Assembly (NCBI RefSeq): GCF_006345805.1
Contig: NC_042997.1
Span: 15,686,001 to 15,750,000, forward strand
Length of the DNA: 64,000 bases
Direction: 5' to 3'
Origin: Octopus sinensis
Taxonomy: Eukaryota
The notes beneath the pieces were generated by a model, which saw nothing but the letters and a program-made list of their open reading frames with translations, did not search any database and was not told where the DNA came from. Shown here one piece after another: positions 1-12,145 of this stretch (within the stretch, counting starts at the first letter, position 1; each line of letters starts with the position of its first letter). The position numbers and the translations under genes were made by a program.

Positions 1-340
1 AAGTGTCTTCTACTATAGCCTCGCGCCGACCAAAGCCTTGGAAGGGGATTTGGTAGACGGAATCTGAAAGAAGCCCGTCGTATATATGTATATATATGTA
101 TGTATATATGTGTGTGTTTGTGTGTCTGTGTTTGTGCCCCCCCCCAACATCGCTTGACAACCGATGGTAGTGTGTTTATGAACCGTAACTTAGCGGTTCG
201 GCAAAAGCGACCGATAGAATAAGTACTAGGCTTACAAAGAAAAAAGTCTTGGGGTCGATTTGTTCGACTAAAAAGCGGTGCTCCAGCATGGCCGCAGTGA
301 AATGACTGAAACAAGTAAAAGAGTAAAAAGAGTAAAGAGA
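1..340 (+). mobile_element. SINE family A, 5' end cut by window edge
   Basis: Matches full copies at 34819 and 61391: central (TA)n(TG)n, 3' half GGTTCGGCAAAAG...GCTCCAGCATGGCCGCAG, tail (GAGTAAAA)n. Confidence 0.9.
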
Positions 341-782
341 TGATACACAGACACGCCCTCTCACACACGCATACGCACACACACACATACTGAGATAGAG
401 AGAGAGAGAGAGAGAGAAATAGACTGCCAGACAAAGACAGAGACATAGACAACGAGAGTGACGTGCATCATTACACATGCATACATGATCAACTTATACG
501 GTAAGATATCTGGCCACATTGTTGTAGAGCAGATTTGAATAAACTGAGAAATAGGTAAAACTGAAACAGCTATGAGTCTACCAATAGTAGTAACAGAGGC
601 AGTAGTAGCAACAGCAACTGCTGCAACAGCAGACGATGTAATAGTAGTATGAGAAAAGAACGAAGAAGAATGATTAGAAGAATAAGAAAGGAGTTTGTGC
701 ACTTGTTGGGTCACTGCTCGGGTGTATTGTGAATTCATTTTAGATCTACATATAAGTACGTCTTTGCTGGTAGATGTTATAT

Positions 783-817
783 ATATGTGCATATATATAT
801 ATATACATACATACATA

Positions 818-850
<33 letters not shown>

Positions 851-1062
851 TTACGGAGATGTACTTGCATAGCGAGTGACTTGATCTGAGATCGTGTGCT
901 GGAACGAAAGCAATTGCAGCGTGGAAGGTGTTTATAAGCCATTTAAGAAACACACAAAACCGTTAGATTCACTTCAACATTTAAATTTAATATGTCAAAA
1001 TATTTTCGTCGCTTTGAGACCGCGACCTGTTCACTGACAAAGCTTCGTGCTCCAGCTTATGT

Positions 1063-1132
<70 letters not shown>

Positions 1133-1423
1133 TGTATAATATACATATATATATTATATAAATATATGCATATTTACATAAATATATGTACATACCTACA
1201 TATATATGTATATATACATGCATATATGGGTACAGGACATAAAAAACGTTGAACACAATGACAAACGAAACCATAAAAACAAGAACATAGAAAACGAACT
1301 TTTTTCGAACAACGAAAAAAACAGAGAAACGAGACCTGCAACAAAAAGAATATTCCTCTTCATCAGTTGTCCCTGTTTCATCTATTCCGAGTATCGAAGA
1401 TAAGGAGATATATATGTAAATAT

Positions 1424-1468
<45 letters not shown>

Positions 1469-2099
1469 GGTATGTATGTACAGATATATATATATGTATA
1501 TATATACAAGTATACAAACATACATGCATACATGCAAGCATGTATATGTATGTTCCGATTCTCTGCATTCTCAGTTCAGTCCCGTGCCAATCAATCTTCT
1601 CATTCATGCTTTCGGGCTCGTTAAGAAAAGTAACAACCTAAAGTGTTATGTGTATATATATACACATATTTTTTTTCACTGTATTGTGTATTTCTTTCTT
1701 TTAGTATCTGATATTTGTCATGGATCTTCTATATGTATGAAGCTGTAGATCTTAATTTGCTGTTTATTTATATGAAGACGAAGAAATCTTGCAAAACAGA
1801 GTTTATTTTAACGAGATATCTATTGAAATCACCCGAGGACACACATCTACACCGATACTCATTATTCCACCCGTGAGGGATCGATGCTAGATGGGTCGAA
1901 ACGATTGCAGCGATCAATAAAGATTCTCACAGATTCCATCTTCTATCTCTCACATTATATATATGATGGTTGTGCACTCGTAGACCGCTAAGTTACGGGG
2001 ACGTAAACAGACCAACACCGGTAGTCAAGCGATGGTGGGGGACAAGCACAAACAGAAAGGCACTCACAGATATATATATATATAATACATACATACATA

Positions 2100-2132
<33 letters not shown>

Positions 2133-2344
2133 TTACGGAGATGTACTTGCATAGCGAGTGACTTGATCTGAGATCGTGTGCTGGAACGAAAGCAATTGCA
2201 GCGTGGAAGGTGTTTATAAGCCATTTAAGAAACACACAAAACCGTTAGATTCACTTCAACATTTAAATTTAATATGTCAAAATATTTTCGTCGCTTTGAG
2301 ACCGCGACCTGTTCACTGACAAAGCTTCGTGCTCCAGCTTATGT

Positions 2345-2387
<43 letters not shown>

Positions 2388-2715
2388 ATATATATATATA
2401 CATATATGTATAATATACATATATATATTATATAAATATATGCATATTTACATAAATATATGTACATACCTACATATATATGTATATATACATGCATATA
2501 TGGGTACAGGACATAAAAAACGTTGAACACAATGACAAACGAAACCATAAAAACAAGAACATAGAAAACGAACTTTTTCGAACAACGAAAAAAACAGAGA
2601 AACGAGACCTGCAACAAAAAGAATATTCCTCTTCATCAGTTGTCCCTGTTTCATCTACTCCGAGTATCGAAGATAAGGAGATATATATGTAAATATGTAT
2701 ATATATATATATATA

Positions 2716-2746
<31 letters not shown>

Positions 2747-3360
2747 TAGGTATGTATGTACAGATATATATATATGTATATATATACAAGTATACAAACA
2801 TACATGCATACATGCAAGCATGTATATGTATGTTCCGATTCTCTGCATTCTCAGTTCAGTCCCGTGCCAATCAATCTTCTCATTCATGCTTTCGGCTCGT
2901 TAAGAAAAGTAACAACTAAAGTGTTATGTGTATATATATACACATATTTTTTTTCACTGTATTGTGTATTTCTTTCTTTTAGTATCTGATATTTGTCATG
3001 GATCTTCTATATGTATGAAGCTGTAGATCTTAATTTGCTGTTTATTTATATGAAGACGAAGAATCTTGCAAAACAGAGTTTATTTTAACGAGATATCTAT
3101 TGAAATCACCCGAGGACACACATCTACACCGATACTCATTATTCCACCCGTGAGGGATCGATGCTAGATGGGTCGAAACGATTGCAGCGATCAATAAAGA
3201 TTCTCACAGATTCCATCTTCTATCTCTCACATTATATATATGATGGTTGTGCACTCGTAGACCGCTAAGTTACGGGGACGTAAACAGACCAACACCGGTA
3301 GTCAAGCGATGGTGGGGGACAAGCACAAACAGAAAGGCACTCACAGATATATATATATAT
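783..3360. repeat. Near-identical tandem duplication of a ~1.28-kb unit
   Basis: TTACGGAGATGTACTTGC at 851 and 2133; CACTCACAGA at ~2061 and ~3338; breakpoints in (TA)n. Confidence 0.92.
1228..1405. mobile_element. Dispersed (TA)n-associated repeat, probably a Penelope-like terminal fragment (also ~2505-2680 and 58273-58546)
   Basis: Same sequence in three places, always in TA-rich flanks; CTGATGAAG on the minus strand; PLE assignment is inference. Confidence 0.5.
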
Positions 3361-3744
3361 AAATACACACACACACGCGCGCACACACATATATGTAATT
3401 ATGCATGAATGAATGCATATATGAATTATTTCGTGTGTGTATATCGCGGTAGGAATTCATAACGATTGCGTCACCTTCCAACAGTAATACTACCGGTCAT
3501 CTGTACTCAGCAGCAGTGATGATACCATAGAATGTCCGTGTTCATTCAGCCTTCATTGTGTACTGAATGTACCCGGACACAGGTCTCTTTCTTCATCCGC
3601 TTTGTTATCTCTGTAACTACTATCAATTGAAAGTGACAGCAGCAGTAATTACTCCGACAATGTAGCAACTATACATGCATTCATACATACATACATACAT
3701 ACATACATACATACATACATACATACATACATACATACATACAA

Positions 3745-3763
<19 letters not shown>

Positions 3764-3776
<13 letters not shown>

Positions 3777-3960
3777 TTAGAGACAAAACCACTATTTTGC
3801 AAATCAAACAAAGAAAGACTTAATCCAATACATAAAAAAATTTAATTGTAGTGGCGAATTTAATTTTATTTAATTTATATTAAATTTTTTTATGTATTGG
3901 ATTAAGTCTTTCTTTGTTTGATTTGCAAATAGTGGTTTTGTCTCTAATTAATATTATATA
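3764..3960. repeat. ~82-bp inverted repeat with 32-nt loop
   Basis: 3764-3846 is the reverse complement of 3879-3960 apart from a 1-bp indel. Confidence 0.92.
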
Positions 3961-4037
3961 ATATTTTACTATAAAATTGGATTCAATCCTAAATCTGATT
4001 TTTCCCTGTAAATTTGGATTTATTCCCTAATATTTAT

Positions 4038-4068
<31 letters not shown>

Positions 4069-4452
4069 CTAGCAGTATCGCCCGGCGTTGCTCGGGTTTG
4101 TTTCGACCCTTTAGAATTGGAATTTTTGAAAAGTAAAAATTTTGCGTTATGTAGCTTGTTATTCTCTTTAAGTGAACATTTTTCCGATTAAAATTCAGCG
4201 AAAAATGACGACACAGCAGCAGTCAAAAAATCGTAAAAAATAGGGATTTTCATAGAAAAAAGCACCTTTTTGATGTAAATAATTTTTGGTGTTAGCATGG
4301 TCCGATTTGAATTTTTTTCTTCTACGGAAGTAAGATCAAGCCTTCTTCTATCATCCTCTCAATTTTGGTCAACTTGTGCCGCAGGGTCTCGGAGGAGATA
4401 GTGTTAGTTGAAGGCTACCAAACTTGCCACACACAGACAACTTCAGCTTTAT
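4069..4452 (-). mobile_element. Non-autonomous Helitron
   Basis: Minus-strand 3' end CCCGAGCAACGCCGGG hairpin then CTAG|T; 5' end merges into (TA)n; termini shared with 15368 and 32807 copies. Confidence 0.75.
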
Positions 4453-4618
4453 ATATATATATATATATAAATTTATATAAATAAGGATAAGATCGATATT
4501 TAAATACGATTTATCAGGTGGCCTGGTGTTGTATGAACATTTAATGTGGTTTTAGGGTCAAGTTTTGACTGCTATTTCCAGCGTGGTGGTATCTCTTAGA
4601 TACCCTAATTATAATATT

Positions 4619-4657
<39 letters not shown>

Positions 4658-5149
4658 GATATAATATAATATAATATAATATAATATAATATAATATAAT
4701 ATAATATAATATAATATATGTACACACACATACATACATGCATACGTATATTATCCTTCTTTTCTCCACCTTCGCCTTCAATACCGTTGTCAGCAGCGGC
4801 TTTCCCACACGAAGCAAAATATAAAAATTGAAGCCCTGCAGAGATCGATTACAAGAAAAATAGACGACATGCCATGCTTTGATTATTAGAATCGTCTCGA
4901 GAAACTCAAACTTTATCCCTTCCGACGTCTCCGCAGCTGCAATATCATTTGTATAACGTGGAAAATAAATATTTTAACAGCATTGCCCAAATGCTGTTTG
5001 TATCAACTTTAAAATTCACCCAAGGCGTGTCTCCCTGCCATCCGTCCTCTACAAAAATCATACTCTCACATCACAATACTAAGACAGAACTATTTCCCCT
5101 CAACCGACCCTGCTCTTTTTAACGTCATTCCAAGACACGTAAGAGAAGA

Positions 5150-6145
5150 CAATTTGGAAGCTCACTACAGAATAAAGTTTTGTTTTAAACTGGGCAAAAA
5201 TGATACAGAAACGTATGAAATGCTCGAAACTGCTAATGGATTAACTTGTATGAGCTGAACATTTGTCTTTCGCTGGCACAAGAGGCCATGTCAAGTAAGT
5301 CTACTCTGAAGCTCATTATGATACCTCTTTTCGACACTAAGGGAAATAACCTCCACAAGGTTCCCTCCGACCAGCCAGTCAATAAAGAGTACCGTAAATC
5401 CTCCAGTATAATCCGCATTTTCCCCTAAAATTTAAAGGTCACAATCCCTAGTGCGTACTATATACTAGGTTAAAAATGAAAGATATTTTCTAAGCAATGT
5501 CCCAGTCTCTATTTGCTGTCCGGCAATGTATATTCAAACGCATTTTGTGATGTCGGGCGCGAAAATCCATTAAGCTAAGCCTGAAAGCAATGAAGTCATA
5601 AAAGAATCATCCATAACTTGCAGTAAGCAACGTTTATTAAAATAAAAATATTCAGAACACAGAATAACATGTAACAAAAACAATTTGCAAACATATTTAC
5701 ATTCCCATGTAACAGTTAAGAAGATCACCATTATTGTATTACGCATGCGCGGAAGTGTTTGTTCGACTAGGTGCTGCTGGCTTACTTACTCGCGAGAAGG
5801 GGTGCGTATTATACACAAGGTTTAGGTTTTTCAGCAGTACAGCCCCCTAAAAATCCCCTGCGTATTATACTCAAGGGCGGATTATACTCGAAGATTTACG
5901 GTACTTTGTGGGGGTTTTGAGGGAGTTCAGGAAGGGATTTCGCCACAAAAGGTTAGAACACCTGCACCAGGACAATGAACCTGTTCACAATTCCATCCTG
6001 GTAACCAACTACTTGATAGACGTGGACAGCAAACTGCTCCTTACTCTCCCTACAATCCGAGCCATACTATCTATGACTTTTGGTTGTTCCCCAAGCTAAA
6101 GGAGACGAAGGAGGCTCTGACAAGGATCCTGGATATCTTCACTTT
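5150..6145 (+). mobile_element. Decayed, internally deleted mariner transposase, split by a MITE
   Basis: IKFCFKLGKNDTETYEML..FRWHKR; MSKSTLKLIMIPLFDTKG..VNKEY|FVGVLREFRK..HLHQDNEPVH; TGGTTGTTCCCCAAGCTAAAG (WLFPKLK). Confidence 0.85.
5392..5901. mobile_element. 510-bp MITE with CCGTA-type TIRs (pogo/Tc2-like) and TA target duplication
   Basis: TA|CCGTAAATCCTCCAGTATAATCCGC ... GCGGATTATACTCGAAGATTTACGG|TA; partial second copy at 53753. Confidence 0.88.
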
Positions 6146-6191
6146 AAATAACATACATACACATATATATATGGATTATATATATATATAT

Positions 6192-6500
6192 GTCTCATTT
6201 TGTCTCAAAGTCGTAGGACGCCTGTGTCATTCTTGTTTTTAACCGTTACTGTCTTCAAAAAAGTTTTTTTCGTTTCATGTTCGTCTCTGTTGCGTTTGCA
6301 TTCTTTCCTTCTACCAAGCGATCTAATGCCCACAGCTTAGTTTTCCTTGGGGCTGGCCGATTCAGAGCAGATTTCAGAATTAAACAGCCGAAATTTGCAA
6401 TGATGAATCGGTTTCTGACTGAAGAATGAAGGCTTTGAATGACCCGTCTGTTTTTCATGTTCGTCCCTTCGTGTATTTCACGTTATTTATATTTATATAT
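6192..6500. repeat. Dispersed repeat in (TA)n (family E; second copy ~35585-35890), possibly Penelope-like
   Basis: Shared GGGGCTGGCCGA..GAGCA..CAGAATT.AACAGCCGAAATTTGC block in both copies. Confidence 0.6.
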
Positions 6501-6614
6501 GTAAAGTTTTATTCTATATATATATATATACATATGACTCACGCTACGAATTGGTAGAGTCGTTTGAGAACTCCCAGTTCAAATCCTACCTGGATCAACT
6601 TTCCCTCTCTAAAT

Positions 6615-6856
6615 GTCTATATGTGATTCTTGCTTCTTCTTACTTGCTTCATGCCCTTGTTTGATGGGGCAGGGGTCCCAGAGATGTCATCGTGCGTAAA
6701 TCTGACCGTCTCCACCAATGCTCCCTATCGCTGGGGGTCCCTTGTCAGCGCCTCTGCATTCTCCAATCACGTTAATCACGTCCAGCCATCTGGTGCGGGA
6801 CCTTCCATGAAGTCTCCTCCAGTCTGCAACTGTTGCGCCGAACGAGAATAGTGCCC
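6615..6856 (-). mobile_element. RTE-like LINE 3' fragment
   Basis: RALFSFGATVADWRRLHGRSRTRWLDVI resembles the RTE C-terminal W.R..GRP..RW.D motif; AAG-rich tail. Confidence 0.55.
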
Positions 6857-6859
6857 TGG

Positions 6860-7210
6860 TCATCATCATCATCATTGTTCGACCGTTGTCGAGACAATGG
6901 AATTTACCATGCTACGCCAGACTTCACGGTCCATCATGGCATTACGGAGGTCCTGTTGCTGGATGCCTGTATCCCTGGAGATTACATCAGGGTAGGAGAG
7001 TGTGCGCCCTCTGGTATTGCGAGTAGATGGCTTCCAGAGGAGAAGAGTAGAATTTACTTCTTTTTCAGCTCTACAACAATGTCCAGCAAACTGGACTCTC
7101 CTACCTTTCACAAGAGATGACACATTTTGGTTGGATGGAGCCTCCACGAGAGATTTTGAGCTCTCATAAGGAGGCGAGTGCCCTGGTAGGATGATCTGAC
7201 AGAAGGCAGA
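6860..7210 (-). mobile_element. RTE-clade LINE 3' end
   Basis: LMRAQNLSWRLHPTK; RRVQFAGHCCRAEKE..LLLWKP..GRTLSYPDVISRDTG..AMMDREVWR; (TGA)n tail right after the stop. Confidence 0.85.
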
Positions 7211-7247
7211 GGACATGTCTGTACTAGTACACGCGTGTGTGTATGTA

Positions 7248-7460
7248 TTCTTTTATTCTTTTTCTTGTTCCAGTTATTTGACTTCGGCTTATGCTGGAGC
7301 ACCACCTTGAAGGATTTTAGTTGAACAAATCGTCCCCAAGATTTATTTTTTTAAGCCTTTTACCGTACCGCTAAGTTTGGGGGATGTAAACTAATCAACA
7401 CTGGTTGTCAAGCGGTGATGAGGTGGGGGGTCAAACGCAGAACAAAGACACGCACACATA
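7248..7460 (-). mobile_element. SINE family A, 3' half
   Basis: Reverse complement of the family A 3' module, diverged. Confidence 0.75.
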
Positions 7461-8277
7461 AATATACACATACATATGTGTGTGTTTGTATATGTGTATG
7501 TTTGTATATGTGTGTGTTTGTATATGCATGTGTTTTTTATGTATGTGTTTGTATAAACACACACATATATGCATATATAAAGTATCTATGTTGATAAGTG
7601 CGTGTGTGTTCGGATATATGTGAACATGCGTGTTTATGAATGAATGTATGAATCAGTTATGTACGCGTATGAACATATAAAATCCATATATGCTCATGTT
7701 GAACTATATCAATATTATAGGTCGTTTAATCGAGTGGATGAAAAATAAGCCATGAAAACCAATGATTTGCGTATTGTTACGGATCACTGGGTTATGTCCG
7801 AGTCTGCAGCACGATAATAAAATTGATTCTCCAGCTGAACTGAAAACTTGCTATATTTACTTGGAAAAGATGTACTCAAAAGCTCAACATAATTGAACAC
7901 AGCGCTGGGAATAAGCTGGTGTCTATGTCTGCTTGTGACTCTATAGGCGTGGAAAACAATATCAAATGATATAGCACTTTACCAAACCATATTCGCTTGC
8001 GAGTGACGGCTGACGACAGTTTAGAAAGGCTTACCATGAAAACCCGAGTGGCCCCCATTGATCTCCACTTGATGAAAGTACATACATGCAGGCAGGTAGT
8101 GGGGGGGGGTTGTGGTGGTGGTGGAACAGGTGAGTGGTGAAGCCCTACATACCCAGTTCCCAGCATCACGCTGTGTCAAAGTTTTCAAGTATGTTTTCCA
8201 TAGCGATTTCATGCTCGTATAATGTCTCAACCCGTCGTAAGTTGCTCACACGATGCATGTGTGTGTGTGGTGTGTGT

Positions 8278-8355
8278 TTCTCTCTCTTTCTCACTTTCTC
8301 TCTTTCTTTCTTTCTTTTCTTTCTCTCTTTCTTTCTTTCTTTCTTTCTTTCTCTT

Positions 8356-8388
<33 letters not shown>

Positions 8389-8421
8389 CTCTTTCCTTCT
8401 TTCTTTATTTATTTCTTTCTC

Positions 8422-8456
<35 letters not shown>

Positions 8457-8457
8457 C

Positions 8458-8492
<35 letters not shown>

Positions 8493-8503
8493 CTTTCTTT
8501 CTT

Positions 8504-8534
<31 letters not shown>

Positions 8535-8702
8535 ATTTTTTCTCTCTTTCTTTTCTTTCGTTCTTTCTTTCTTTTTTCTTTCTTTCTTCTCTCTTCCTTG
8601 TTCTTTATTTATTTCTTTTCTCTTTCTTTCTTTCTTCTTTCTTTCTTTCTTTCTCTCTTTCTTTCTTTCTTCTTTCTTTCTTTCTTTCTCTCTTTCTTTC
8701 TT

Positions 8703-8733
<31 letters not shown>

Positions 8734-8784
8734 ATTTTTTCTCTCTTTCTTTCTTTCTTTCTTTCTTTCTTTTTTTTCTTTCTT

Positions 8785-8828
<44 letters not shown>

Positions 8829-8832
8829 TCAT

Positions 8833-8879
<47 letters not shown>

Positions 8880-8900
8880 CTCTCTCTCTTTCCCTCTCTC
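8278..8900. repeat. (CTTT)n/(CT)n polypyrimidine tract
   Basis: ~620 bp almost exclusively C/T on the + strand. Confidence 0.97.
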
Positions 8901-9305
8901 TCACGCACTCACGCAAACACGTACGCACACATTACAGTGCCCATTGTATTATTATATCACCCGTATAATTACGCCCATAAACTGTACCAATGTCATGCGT
9001 ACCACAATACTCATCGTATATCACTCGAATAAGTACATACATGCTGACAGGCATTGATATGTAAACCGCAAATCGGCTGAGCTATTTATAAACGACGATA
9101 TATCGCGTGCAGGGCATGTGGGCGAAAGCAAGTGCGAGTGAATTATAAACTGGTACGAATGACAATACATGTATGCTTGTAAGCTCGGTATGCATACGTG
9201 TATTCTGTTAGCAGTTATTTACTGCAAAATTCACAAAGCTGTCTATGTGGTTATTCACATTAACCTACAATCAACATTTGCACCCAGATATGTCAATGTG
9301 CGTGT

Positions 9306-9378
<73 letters not shown>

Positions 9379-9501
9379 GCTTCTCCTTCCTTATACTTCC
9401 TGCAGAAGAAGGGACATTTTTCCAATTTCTGTATATAACAATATATTTGTATTTCTGTTAGGAGCTCTTTGTCTGGGATCAATTGGTTAACAAATACTTT
9501 C

Positions 9502-9908
9502 CGTGGTAAGAAGCTTACTTACGAACCACATGGTTCTGGGTTCATCCCACTGCGTGGCACCTTGGGGCAAGTGTCTTCTACTATAGCCTCGGGCCGACCA
9601 AAGCCTTGTCAGTGGATTTGGTAGACGGAAACTGAAAGAAGCCCGTCGTATATATGTATACATATATATATGCATGTGTGTGTATATGTTTGTGTGTCTG
9701 TGTTTGTACCCCCCCCCAACATCGCTTGACAACCGATGCTGGTGTGTTTATGTCCCCGTAACTTAGCGGTTCAGCAAAAAGAGACCGATAGAATAAGTAC
9801 TAGGCTTACAAAGAATAAGTCCTGGGGTCGATTTGCTCGACCAAAGGCGGTACTCCAGCAGGTCACAGTCACATGACTGAAACAAATGAAAGAGTAAAAG
9901 AGTAAAGG
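9502..9908 (+). mobile_element. SINE family A, near full length
   Basis: B-box-like GGTTCATCCC, CACCTTGGGCAAGTG (CORE-like start), central microsatellite, 3' module. Confidence 0.9.
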
Positions 9909-10068
9909 GTATTGTCTGTAACTGTAAGCCTGTCGTACTTTTGCGTGTATGTGTGTGTGCACACGCGTGTGCGTGTGCGTATTTGTAGAGGATAGGAGTC
10001 TCCATGACGGTATACGACATACCACATGATGACTGTGTTTTTGTTATTGGTGCATTAATAGAAAAAAG

Positions 10069-10454
10069 TGGAGGCGCAATGGCCCAGTGGTTAGGGCAGC
10101 GGACTCGCGGTCATAGGATCGCGGTTTCGATTCCCAGACCGGGCGTTGTGAGTGTTTATTGAGCGAAAACACCTAAAAGCTCCACGAGGCTCCGGTAGGG
10201 GATGGTGGTGATCCCTGCTGTACTCTTTCACCACAACTTTCTCTCACTCTTACTTCCTGCTTCTGTTGTACCTGTATTTCAAAGGGCCGGCCTTGTCACT
10301 CTCTGTGTCACGCTGAATATCCCCGAGAACTACGTTAAGGGCACACGTGTCTGTGGAGTGCTCAGCCACTTACACGTTAATTTCACGAGCAGGCTGTTCC
10401 GTTGACTCGGATCAACCGGAACCCTCGTCGTCGTAACCGACGGAGTGCTTCCAC
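10069..10454 (+). mobile_element. SINE family B, full length, 12-bp TSD
   Basis: tRNA-like head GGAGGCGCAATGGCCCAGTGGTTAGGGC...GGTTTCGATTCCC; TSD AATAGAAAAAAG at 10057-10068 and 10455-10466. Confidence 0.93.
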
Positions 10455-10952
10455 AATAGAAAAAAGAAAACGCACGAGTTATTGTCTTGACGTGTTTTCA
10501 ATCATATGAAAACACATTTAGAATATAAAATGGTTTTTGGCGCAAATCCAGAAGACTGGATATGATGAGTGGTTCAGAAATTCACAGATTGTGACAATGC
10601 AACTGGTAATGATAGACAAAGTTGTTGCATATACACACGTGTGAACAGATGTGTGTGTGTGTGTGTGTGTGTTGTTGTGTGTGGTGTGTGTGTGTGTGTG
10701 TGTGTATCTATGTGTACGAGTATTTGAAAATGCACGAGTGAGTGTATACAGTCATATATGCAAACGTATATATTTATATGCAAATATACACACACAAGCG
10801 CGCGCACACACGCGCATCCGCATACACGCACGTGCGCACAAATATATATACACACACACATACACACACACATACACACACACGCACATTCGAGTTTATA
10901 TCAATACAGGTAGCGAAAGATAGGACAATAAAAATATGTCTTTGAGAGAGAA

Positions 10953-10985
<33 letters not shown>

Positions 10986-11154
10986 AGAGAAAGAAATGCT
11001 TGATATTATGGACTTATTTGCTCTTCGTGTGAAGGAAACGTACACAAACATAACAGAGATAGAGAGAGACAGAGAGACAGAGAGAGAGAGAGAGGGGGGA
11101 GAGAGACAGAGACAAAGACAAACAGTGAGAGACAGACGGAGAGAAACAGACAGG

Positions 11155-11218
<64 letters not shown>

Positions 11219-11225
11219 TAGATAG

Positions 11226-11680
11226 GTTCTTTATTGGCCACACAGGGCTACACACAGATGGGACAAGTTACAAGGTAGAGCTTTTCTTTTGGGGGATGAA
11301 AAAACCAAAAAAAAAATGGAGTGGCGTAGGTTTTCGATCAAGAGGGATCGTAAAAGGGAAGAAAAGAACAAAAAATAAAAGAAAAAAAAGAAAAAAAAAG
11401 GAAAAGGAACAAAAGAAAAGAGAAATGAAAAAAAGAAGAAAAAAGAGAAAAAAGGGGAAGAGGGAAAAAAACGATCAATAGGGATCGTGTATCACAGTGT
11501 TATGATGTATGGTGTAAAGGGGAAAGCAAGTAAGGTTTATCCGTGGGAAGAAAAGCCTACGAAAAAGACCACGGTAACCTTGGTCAATATTGTTATATGT
11601 TACCACATTTGTTTGCAAGTGGGTAACCCTCTGTTTTCAATTTCTGGGTTCATAGGATTATGCTCAAGGTGGCTTCGTCT
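11226..11680 (-). mobile_element. L1/Tx1-like 3' end inserted in (GATA)n
   Basis: Last codons LDEATLSIIL*, 3' UTR motif AGGTTACCGTGGTC, AATAAA at the end; (GATA)n on both sides; relatives at 33757 and 46243. Confidence 0.6.
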
Positions 11681-12102
11681 AGATAGATAGATAGATAGAT
11701 AGAGATAGAGAAATTGAGAGGGAGAAAGAGAGAGGGAGAAAGAGATAGATGAAAAGATAGATAGATAGACAGACAGATAGATAGATAGAACCAGTCCTCA
11801 CTTAATGTTGTCGATACGTTCTTGAGAATGTCAACTTTAAGTGAAAAAACGAAAACCGAAAATATGTTCAACTATAAATTCGCTTAAATAAAAAAAGATA
11901 CCTAAATTTCTATGATCTATTCTTTATGTTATATTTAGTCACAATAACACCAACAAATACCCAAATAAAAACTAAAAACACTTCAAGAATTAATCCTGGA
12001 AATATATGTACTATAAATAGATAGATATATTTAAGACAGATTAATAGGAATCGATAGGATAATTAAAGAACGTCTTCCAAGTCTAATTGAAAAAAGAAAA
12101 TA

Positions 12103-12145
<43 letters not shown>

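Noticed and set aside
985-1050. Hammerhead-like stem II-GAAA-stem III on the minus strand (GTCGC..GCGAC GAAA ATAT..ATAT TA), also in the duplicate
   Set aside because: CAGTGAACAG stands where CUGANGA is required, and no stem I is found
1330-1400. CTGATGA motif on the minus strand of the PLE-like repeat
   Set aside because: No GAAA or NUH in the correct order downstream
7876-8230. Short non-repetitive ORFs that might be host exons
   Set aside because: No recognisable motif or consistent exon boundaries
8134-9057. F/L/S-rich 250-300-aa ORFs, and similar I/Y/N/M ORFs at 50.7-52.7 kb and in (TA)n/(CA)n tracts
   Set aside because: Translations of microsatellites
10069-10145. tRNA-like sequence (good D-arm, T-loop) at SINE heads
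   Set aside because: The acceptor stem does not close and the head is always fused to a SINE body with a TSD; not a tRNA gene
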